Of a stretch of DNA of 53,567 nt, positions 30,187-37,325 are shown piece by piece (positions within the stretch are counted from its first letter, which is position 1; every line of letters starts with the position of its first letter). Source of the DNA: Patescibacteria group bacterium (GTDB lineage Bacteria; Patescibacteriota; Patescibacteriia; UBA1558; GWA2-36-10); the NCBI GenBank assembly GCA_018062885.1, contig JAGORJ010000002.1:1-53567 (forward strand), written 5' to 3'. The notes under the pieces are model-generated. The model made no database searches and had not been told where the DNA came from. It saw nothing but the letters and a program-made list of their open reading frames with translations. Made by a program: the position numbers and the translations under genes.

Positions 30187-30513
30187 ATGGCACAAGAAAT
30201 TAATGATCAAAATTTTCAAGCAGAGGTAAAAGATTTTAAAGGTGTGACTTTGGTAGATTTTTGGGCACCTTGGTGCGGACCATGCAAAATGCAAGGGCCA
30301 ATCATAGAAGAACTGGCTAAGGATTTTGAAAGTGAGACAAATGTAAAAATCACTAAACTAAATGTGGATGAAAATCAAGTGACTTCACAAGAGTTTTCTA
30401 TCATGAGTATTCCTACTTTAAAAATTTTTAAAGACGGACAAGTAGTAGAGGAGATGATTGGTATGCAAGGCAAGGCAGAGCTGACAGAAAAACTTAAAAA
30501 ACATTTGGCCTAA
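30187..30513 (+). CDS. trxA: Thioredoxin
   Basis: 108 aa. WAPWCGPCK active site. Confidence 0.93.
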   Translation: MAQEINDQNFQAEVKDFKGVTLVDFWAPWCGPCKMQGPIIEELAKDFESETNVKITKLNVDENQVTSQEFSIMSIPTLKIFKDGQVVEEMIGMQGKAELTEKLKKHLA

Positions 30514-30527
30514 AGAAAATAATTTTT

Positions 30528-31469
30528 ATGGCAGAAAATATTTATGATGTGATAATAGTTGGCGCTGGTCCATCAGGACTGGCGGCTGCTATCTATACTA
30601 CGCGTCGATCTCTAAAAACATTATTGCTTTCCAAAGATCTTGGTGGCCAAGCAGCGATGACTGATAACATCGAGAACTACCCTGGTTTTGAAAAAACCGG
30701 TGGTTTGGAATTGATGCAAAAGTTTCAAGCTCAGGCAATGAAGTTTGGGACAGAATTTCTTTTTGAAGAAGTAGAGGTTTTAAATAAAGAAGGAGAAATT
30801 TTTAGTCTAACTACAAGTAAAGGCAGAACTGTGCAAGCCAGAGTGGTTATTTTAGCTTTTGGTTTGACTCCAAAAAATCTCAATGTTCCTGGTGAAAAAC
30901 AACTGATCGGCAGAGGAGTGGCTTATTGTGCAACCTGTGATGGACCTTTGTATAAAGGCAAAGATGTGGTGGTGGTTGGTGGTGGAAACTCGGCACTGGA
31001 TGCGGCTGAGTTTATGTCTAAGATCGCCAACAAGGTTTATCTTTTGCATCGCCGAGATATTTTTCGTGGTGAACAAATCTTGATAAACAAAGTTACCACC
31101 ACGGCTAATATCGAAATTATTTATAATGCTGAAAGCAAAGAAGTAAAAGGTGAGCAAAAAGTAGAAGCGCTTGTCTATGAACAAGAGGGCACTCTCAAAG
31201 AGCTTAAAGTTGATGGCGTGTTTGTAGAGATTGGCCATATGGCTAAAACAGACTGGACGGCTGAGCTGGTTGATTTGACAGAGAGAAAAGAAATAAAAAT
31301 TTCTCGTGATTGTGAAACAAAAACCCCTGGACTTTTTGCAGCGGGAGACATCACTGACATTAGCTATAAGCAAGCAGTTATTTCAGCTGGTGAAGGAGCT
31401 AAGGCTGGTTTGCAAGCCTATAAATTTTTGCAAGGCGCAAATCAAATCTCCACTCCAGATTGGAGTTAA
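30528..31469 (+). CDS. trxB: Thioredoxin-disulfide reductase
   Basis: 313 aa. FAD site GAGPSG, redox CATCDG, NADPH site GGGNSALD, HRRD. Confidence 0.93.
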   Translation: MAENIYDVIIVGAGPSGLAAAIYTTRRSLKTLLLSKDLGGQAAMTDNIENYPGFEKTGGLELMQKFQAQAMKFGTEFLFEEVEVLNKEGEIFSLTTSKGRTVQARVVILAFGLTPKNLNVPGEKQLIGRGVAYCATCDGPLYKGKDVVVVGGGNSALDAAEFMSKIANKVYLLHRRDIFRGEQILINKVTTTANIEIIYNAESKEVKGEQKVEALVYEQEGTLKELKVDGVFVEIGHMAKTDWTAELVDLTERKEIKISRDCETKTPGLFAAGDITDISYKQAVISAGEGAKAGLQAYKFLQGANQISTPDWS

Positions 31470-31485
31470 AATTTAAAAATAAAAT

Positions 31486-32619
31486 ATGAACAAAGCAGAG
31501 GTTTTACAAGCACACAAAAATAAACGCGGAAAGATAAGTATTATTACCAAAATGAAAATCAACAATAGAAAGCAACTTTCTATTGCTTACACACCCGGAG
31601 TAGCTGAGGTGTCTTTGGCGATTGCGAAAAATAAAAACAAAGCCCTAGACTATACCAACAAGGCTAATCAAGTCGCCATCATCAGTGATGGCACTGCTGT
31701 TTTGGGCTTGGGTAATATTGGTCCAGAGGCAGCAATGCCTGTTATGGAAGGCAAGTCCGTTTTATTTAAAGAGTTAGCGGGCGTTGATGCCTTCCCACTT
31801 TGTTTGGCCACTCAAGATACTGAAAAAATCATAGAAACTGTCAAAGCTTTGGCGCCAAATTTTGCGGCCATAAATTTAGAAGACATTTCGGCCCCGCGTT
31901 GTTTTGAGATAGAGCAAAGATTGATCAAAGAATTAGATATTCCTGTTTTTCATGATGATCAGCACGGTACGGCGGTGGTAGTTTTGGCGGGCTTGATAAA
32001 CTCTCTGAAGCTGGTGAAGAAAGAGGAGAAAAAAATCAAGGTAGTTATTTCTGGTGCTGGAGCCGCTGGTCTTGCGATTGCTAAATTGTTATTTACTTTT
32101 GGGGTCAAAAATATTTTAGTTGTTGACTCTCAAGGTATTTTAAATAATAGCAGAAAAGACTTAAATATTTATAAGCAAGAAGTAGCACTTTACAACAAGC
32201 AAAATATTTCGGGGGGACTCAAAGAAGCCTTAGTTGGTAGTGATGTTTTTGTCGGTGTGTCACAAGCTAAAATTGTCAGCAAAGAAATGATCAAGACAAT
32301 GGCCAAAGACGCGATTGTATTTGCGATGGCTAATCCAATTCCAGAAATCATGCCAGAGCTTGCCAAAAGTGCCGGAGCAAAAATAGTTGGCACTGGTCGC
32401 AGTGATTTTGCTAATCAGATTAACAACGCTTTAGTTTTTCCAGGTTTATTTAGAGGCTTATTAGACAGCAAGAAAAAAATTGTGACTGATAAGATGAAAA
32501 TAAATGTGGCAAAAGCGATTGCTAAAAGTGCAGGGCAAATTTCGCCAGAAAAAATCATTCCAAATCTTTTGGATAAAAAAGTTGTAAAAGAAATTGTGCA
32601 AGCAGTCAAAAATAGTTAA
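31486..32619 (+). CDS. NAD(P)-dependent malic enzyme (short, no PTA domain)
   Basis: 377 aa. [46 protein letters not shown] and GAGAAG motifs. Confidence 0.88.
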   Translation: MNKAEVLQAHKNKRGKISIITKMKINNRKQLSIAYTPGVAEVSLAIAKNKNKALDYTNKANQVAIISDGTAVLGLGNIGPEAAMPVMEGKSVLFKELAGVDAFPLCLATQDTEKIIETVKALAPNFAAINLEDISAPRCFEIEQRLIKELDIPVFHDDQHGTAVVVLAGLINSLKLVKKEEKKIKVVISGAGAAGLAIAKLLFTFGVKNILVVDSQGILNNSRKDLNIYKQEVALYNKQNISGGLKEALVGSDVFVGVSQAKIVSKEMIKTMAKDAIVFAMANPIPEIMPELAKSAGAKIVGTGRSDFANQINNALVFPGLFRGLLDSKKKIVTDKMKINVAKAIAKSAGQISPEKIIPNLLDKKVVKEIVQAVKNS

Positions 32620-32650
32620 AATTTTTTAAATTAAAAAATAAATAAAAAAT

Positions 32651-33880
32651 ATGAATGCATATGACAATGCTCTAAGGCAACTAGAAACGGCGGCCAAGAT
32701 CATGAATTTAAATTCAGAAACTTTGGCTCGCTTAAGTAGTCCAGAAAAAATTAATATGGCTTCTTTGCCAGTGAGAATGGACGACGGTACTTTAAAAATT
32801 TTTCAAGCTTATCGCGTCCAATACAACAATGCGCGCGGACCATACAAAGGTGGTATTCGTTTTCACCCGCAAGTCAATTTAGATGAAGTAAAGGCTTTGA
32901 GTTTTTGGATGGCGATCAAATGTTCAGTAGTCGGAATTCCGATGGGCGGTGGTAAAGGTGGGGTAATAGTTGATCCAAAATCTTTGAGTGTGACCGAGCT
33001 AGAAAGATTGTCACGCGCTTGGGTCAGAGCTTTTCGCGCAGTCATTGGACCAGAAAAAGACATACCGGCTCCAGATGTTTATACCACACCACAGATTATG
33101 GCTTGGATGGCAGATGAATTTTCTCAGCTAGAAGGCAAGCCGTCTTTAGGCGTAGTCACTGGTAAGCCACTTGAGTTTGGTGGCTCCTTGGGCCGTGGTA
33201 CTTCAACTGCTCAAGGCGGATTTTATGTCTTAGAAGCAGCTGTCAAACAGCTTGGCTTAGCGCAAAAAGCTTTGAAAGTAGCTATTCAAGGTTTTGGCAA
33301 TGCTGGCGCTGTGATGGCAAGTTTATTATTTGAAGCTGGCTACCAAGTAGTAGCAGTAGCTGATTCTAGTGCTGCTATTTATGATAAAAATGGCCTGGAT
33401 ATTCCAGAGCTTTTAAGCTACAAAGAAAAAACTAAGAGCGTCAAAGGCTTTGCAAATAGCCAAGAAATTTCCACTGAAGAATTATTTGCTTTAGAACTGG
33501 ATGTTTTGGTACCAGCGGCTTTAGAAAATCAAATTACAGAGGATAATGCCAACAGCGTCAAAGCTAAAATTTTATTAGAGCTTGCCAATGGCCCAACGAC
33601 GCCAGAAGCAGATGATATTTTGTTTAAGAACAAAGTTGTTTTGATCCCTGATGTCTTAGCTAATGCTGGTGGTGTGACGGTTTCTTATTTTGAGTGGTTG
33701 CAAAATCTGAGCAATAATTATTGGAGCGCTGAAGAAGTAGATAAAGAGCTCAGAGAAAGAATGATGCCAGCTTGGAGTTCTGTTTGGGAAACAGGCCAGC
33801 AATATAGTGTCAACTTAAGAACAGCCGCTTTTATTAAATCTCTAGAAAGAATAGACCTAGCTTCTCGTGCTAGAAATTAG
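32651..33880 (+). CDS. gdhA: Glutamate dehydrogenase
   Basis: 409 aa. KGGIRFHP, PMGGGKGG and GFGNAG Rossmann motifs. Confidence 0.92.
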   Translation: MNAYDNALRQLETAAKIMNLNSETLARLSSPEKINMASLPVRMDDGTLKIFQAYRVQYNNARGPYKGGIRFHPQVNLDEVKALSFWMAIKCSVVGIPMGGGKGGVIVDPKSLSVTELERLSRAWVRAFRAVIGPEKDIPAPDVYTTPQIMAWMADEFSQLEGKPSLGVVTGKPLEFGGSLGRGTSTAQGGFYVLEAAVKQLGLAQKALKVAIQGFGNAGAVMASLLFEAGYQVVAVADSSAAIYDKNGLDIPELLSYKEKTKSVKGFANSQEISTEELFALELDVLVPAALENQITEDNANSVKAKILLELANGPTTPEADDILFKNKVVLIPDVLANAGGVTVSYFEWLQNLSNNYWSAEEVDKELRERMMPAWSSVWETGQQYSVNLRTAAFIKSLERIDLASRARN

Positions 33881-33967
33881 TCTAAAATAAAATTATAAAA
33901 ATCCGCTCATTAGATCTCTCGATTACTCTCGAGAACATGGGCGGATTTTTTGTGTTATAATTTGTTT

Positions 33968-34561
33968 ATGAATGAAGAATATATTATTGGTATTGACGAA
34001 GTTGGTCGTGGCTGTTTAGCGGGGCCAATTTGCGCTGTGGCAGTTTTATACAAAAACACAGCAGAAGAAAATGAATTATTAAAAGAAGTAAAAGATTCAA
34101 AAAAACTATCTGCTAAAAAGCGTGAAGAGATTTTTGATAATTTACAGGATAAATTTATTTGGAGCCTGTCAGAGATAGGTAGTAAAAAAATAGATGAGAT
34201 CGGTATTCAAATGGCCAATTGTTTAGTAGTAAATAATGCTTTAGAAAGTTTATTAAAAAAATTAAATAATTTTTCTGGACGAGTTGTGGCTGATTATGTA
34301 GGGGGATTTAATAATTATATTGATAATAAAAAGATAGAGTTTTTTGCTAAAGGTGAAACAAAATTTGTTAGCATTGCTTTGGCTAGTATTTTAGCCAAAG
34401 TTTATCGTGATCGTTTTATGTCTGAGCAAGATCAAATTTTTCCAAACTATAATTTTAGCAAACACAAAGGCTATGGTAGCGCTGAGCACATGAAAGCCAT
34501 CTTGATAAATGGAGCTTCAGCCTTACACCGTCAAAGTTTTTTAAAAAATATTTTAAAATAG
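33968..34561 (+). CDS. rnhB: Ribonuclease HII; start moved to the ATG at 33968
   Basis: GIDEVGRGCLAGP, SKKLSAKKRE and KADxx-type motifs. The track start (TTG 33950) would lie upstream of, and read through, an extended -10 element (TGTGTTATAAT, 33951-33961). Confidence 0.88.
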   Translation: MNEEYIIGIDEVGRGCLAGPICAVAVLYKNTAEENELLKEVKDSKKLSAKKREEIFDNLQDKFIWSLSEIGSKKIDEIGIQMANCLVVNNALESLLKKLNNFSGRVVADYVGGFNNYIDNKKIEFFAKGETKFVSIALASILAKVYRDRFMSEQDQIFPNYNFSKHKGYGSAEHMKAILINGASALHRQSFLKNILK

Positions 34562-34633
34562 CTGGCTTGCTTTTTTGTTTTTGCAGACCTATACTCCCTT
34601 TAATAAAGAAGTTCTTCAAGCTTTGGAGGGGAC

Positions 34634-34852
34634 ATGGATTACACATCCTTGGTCGCCTGGTGCGTCGAGCATCATATTCTGCTAAAATTCGCAGCGTCTG
34701 TACTCCTTGTACCGCTTATCACCAGGGTCGTTTATCCTCGAGATAGGCATGTGATCTCTCGTTTAGACAGGCTAGCGCTGGTTTTGCGCCTGATCGCTGC
34801 CTATATCTTGCTGTTTTTGCTGCTGGCATTCTGGATATTTGCTTGGTTTTGA
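34634..34852 (+). CDS. Hypothetical small 2-TM membrane protein (GC-rich islet)
   Basis: 72 aa. GGAGGGG RBS 3 nt before the ATG. GC-rich relative to flanks. A hairpin plus T-run follows at about 34860-34900. Confidence 0.45.
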   Translation: MDYTSLVAWCVEHHILLKFAASVLLVPLITRVVYPRDRHVISRLDRLALVLRLIAAYILLFLLLAFWIFAWF

Positions 34853-35185
34853 GACTCGCTTTTTCTCCCTAGGGAAAGGCGGGTTTTTATTTTTGGCTAA
34901 TATTAGGGATATTTTATAGTCTTGACAGAGCTTTTATTTAGTATTATCATAGAAATATAGTAGAGCCGTCTTTTAAATAAGCGACGGCGCTAACAAAAAC
35001 ATAAATAAAAATGCAGGTTTTATGAAAGTCTTATCCAAAAACAATGTTAGAACGAATTTTTGCAAATTTATTTTTCAGCGAAAAAACTATGAGTGATAAT
35101 AAAAAACATTATGGCTTTAGTTTTTCGGGCTTAGATTTAGAAAAATTGTTAAATAGAAAAACTAGCCCCGAAGGACTAGTTTTTC

Positions 35186-35217
35186 TTGAAGAAAAGCGAT
35201 TTTGAGGGCTAAATAAA
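35186..35217 (+). repeat. 32-bp direct repeat copy 1 (TTGAAGAAAAGCGATTTTGAGgGCTAAATAAA)
   Basis: 31/32 identical to 37265-37296, aligned by hand. Confidence 0.85.
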
Positions 35218-35343
35218 TAGCCTTCATTAATATAATAGATAAAAGAACACTTTTTGTCAACATTTTGAAGAAAAAATAATTATTAAATAAGTCTTTTTTT
35301 CCGCCAGCCGGCGGATGCGAAGGACAAGAAAGGAAAAGCGATT

Positions 35344-35748
35344 ATGGATTTAAACAAGGTTAATTTGATTGGTAATTTGACCCAGGATCCGGAGCTAAAG
35401 AATTTGCCATCTGGACAGGGACTTACCGCTTTTAATTTGGCGACCAATTATATTTGGTATGATGCTAAATCAAAAGAAAAAAAGACAAGAGCAGATTTTC
35501 ATAAGATAGTGGCTTGGGGACACTTAGCCGATATTATTACCACTTATTTGAAAAAGGGTTCCAAGGTTTATGTGGAAGGTCGTTTACAAAACCGAACTTG
35601 GGATGATAAGGAAGGTAAAAAGCATTATCTGACAGAAATCATTGCCTCAGACTTGATCATGTTGGGCGGTTCAAAAAAAGAAAGTAGCGGAGATGAAACT
35701 GCAAAAGAAGATATTGAAGTTGAGGAAATTCAAATAGAAAACAACTAG
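35344..35748 (+). CDS. ssb: Single-stranded DNA-binding protein
   Basis: 134 aa. OB-fold pattern NLIGNLTQDPELK...FHKIVAWG..A......KGSKVYVEGRLQ.R.W and an acidic tail. The tail ends IQIENN rather than the usual DDD(I/L)PF. Confidence 0.92.
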   Translation: MDLNKVNLIGNLTQDPELKNLPSGQGLTAFNLATNYIWYDAKSKEKKTRADFHKIVAWGHLADIITTYLKKGSKVYVEGRLQNRTWDDKEGKKHYLTEIIASDLIMLGGSKKESSGDETAKEDIEVEEIQIENN

Positions 35749-36030
35749 TTGTTTTAAGGAGAATTCCAAAGTTTTTCGGCCTGTTGAGCTTTGGAGTTTT
35801 CTTAAGAAAATTATCTGTTTAGATTTGAAAAAATAAGTAAAAAATAAAATTTATTTTGGAGAACAACAAAATTAAAATTTGTTTTTAAAAATCAATTGTA
35901 TTTTTTAGACTAGACAGCAGGCCAACTAGACTCAAATTTTTTTGAGAAAGGTTGGTTTTTTGTTTTTTAAAAAATACACTTGAGTTCTTTGATAAAACAT
36001 TTCACTGACACAAAAAGAGGGGACGAGAAA

Positions 36031-37206
36031 ATGAAACGAATTTTTTCCTTGGCTTTGGCGCTGATTATTTTCAGCACTAAACTTTGGGCGCAAGCAGAGC
36101 TTAGTTGTCTGCCAGAAAGTTTTGGCATTTCTTTGATCGAGGGAGAAGAAATGTCAGAAACTTTAGTGATCAGCAATGTTGGTGGTGATTTGCTGATGTT
36201 GATGGCGCAAGGCGTTTCGGACAATCATCCGAATTTTATTTCTCAGATACAGCCAAGCACTGTATTTTTGCAGCCAGGACAAAACCAGACAGTGACTTTT
36301 GTGGTTTCAGCTCAAAGCTTAAGTGCTGGTCAGCACAACGGCCATTTGTTGCTAGTCAACAACGACCCCACGCAGCCTTATCTGGAGCTGGAAATAAGTC
36401 TGGAAGTTCTGGACTATTTTCCGGATTTAAAATTGCCTTGGCTAGAGAGTGAAGAGTGGGTTTTGACCTGCTCTTATACTTGTGATTATCACAGCAATGC
36501 AAACAATAGCTACTACGCTTTGGATTTTGACAAGCCAAATGTGCCAGAAGGAGCGCGTGCTCCTATCTTGTCAGCTTCCAGTGGAGTGGTGATTTTTAGT
36601 GGCTGGGATAGCCACTATGGCAATGTCATCAAAGTGGATGCTGGGCATGGCTATGTTGTTTGCTATGGCCACCTAGCCGAAAGCTTGGTTGTGCCAGGAC
36701 AAGAAATTCAGCAAGGACAAATGATCGGCCGCATGGGCTCGACTGGGGAGGCTACTCAGGATCAGCTACACTTCATGCTTTTGTATGAAGGTGATTGTCG
36801 CTCAAGCGTTTTGCAGTCTCGCCCAGAGCCCTTGTCTGGTTACGGTGACTTTGCACAAGGCGCGGGGCTGTTTTACCTGTCAGACAATGTCCTAGTCGAT
36901 CCTCCTGATCAGTTAGCAGTTTTTGCTGAGTTTAAGCAGAGCAATTCTTTGACTTTGCTGGCTTGTTTCCCCAACCCCTTCAACCCGCAAACGCAGCTAG
37001 TCTTTGATCTGCCGCGAGCACTTGATCCGACCCTAAAGGTTTATAATCTGCAAGGTCAGCTGATCAAAGATTTGTCAGTGGGGCAATTGGAAGCTGGTAG
37101 GCACCAGCTTACTTGGCAAGCAAGCGATCAGCCTGCTGGAGTGTATTTTGTTTATTTGCAAGCAGAAGAATTTTTGCAAGTGAGCAAAATCTTGTTGTTG
37201 AAATGA
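36031..37206 (+). CDS. Secreted M23/LytM-domain protein with N-terminal Ig-like domain and C-terminal T9SS-type (Por/FlgD-Ig-like) sorting domain
   Basis: Start set at MKRIFSLALALIIFSTKLWAQA (signal peptide; AGAGGGGA RBS). LytM block YYALDFD...GHGYVVCYGHL...GSTGEATQDQLHFML. C-terminus FPNPFNPQTQLVFDLP...VYNLQGQLIKDL...AGRHQLTWQA...AGVYFVYL. Clearly GC-richer than neighbours. Confidence 0.8.
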   Translation: MKRIFSLALALIIFSTKLWAQAELSCLPESFGISLIEGEEMSETLVISNVGGDLLMLMAQGVSDNHPNFISQIQPSTVFLQPGQNQTVTFVVSAQSLSAGQHNGHLLLVNNDPTQPYLELEISLEVLDYFPDLKLPWLESEEWVLTCSYTCDYHSNANNSYYALDFDKPNVPEGARAPILSASSGVVIFSGWDSHYGNVIKVDAGHGYVVCYGHLAESLVVPGQEIQQGQMIGRMGSTGEATQDQLHFMLLYEGDCRSSVLQSRPEPLSGYGDFAQGAGLFYLSDNVLVDPPDQLAVFAEFKQSNSLTLLACFPNPFNPQTQLVFDLPRALDPTLKVYNLQGQLIKDLSVGQLEAGRHQLTWQASDQPAGVYFVYLQAEEFLQVSKILLLK

Positions 37207-37264
37207 AACGACTGGTAGCGGAGCAAGCTTGCGCTTGCTCCGCTCCAAAAACATTCTATGCTTT

Positions 37265-37296
37265 TTGAAGAAAAGCGATTTTGAGAGCTAAATAAA
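37265..37296 (+). repeat. 32-bp direct repeat copy 2 (TTGAAGAAAAGCGATTTTGAGaGCTAAATAAA)
   Basis: 31/32 identical to 35186-35217. Lies just after the M23 gene terminator hairpin (GCGGAGCAAGC-TTGC-GCTTGCTCCGC). Confidence 0.85.
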
Positions 37297-37325
37297 AATC
37301 TAAATTAAATATTAATTTTAAAGGG

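Noticed and set aside
35044-35205. 53-aa ORF (MLERIFANLFFSEKTMSDNKKHYGF...LEEKRF) whose C-terminus is the first copy of the 32-bp repeat.
   Set aside because: It runs through a 9-bp terminator-like hairpin (AAAACTAG...CTAGTTTT), has no RBS, and the second repeat copy only gives an 8-codon remnant. It cannot be supported as a gene from sequence alone.
35967-36224. 85-aa minus-strand ORF and the upstream extension of the M23 ORF (35980-36030).
   Set aside because: The antisense ORF overlaps the M23 signal-peptide region. The 17 extra N-terminal codons precede a clear RBS plus a Met-Lys-Arg signal peptide at 36031.
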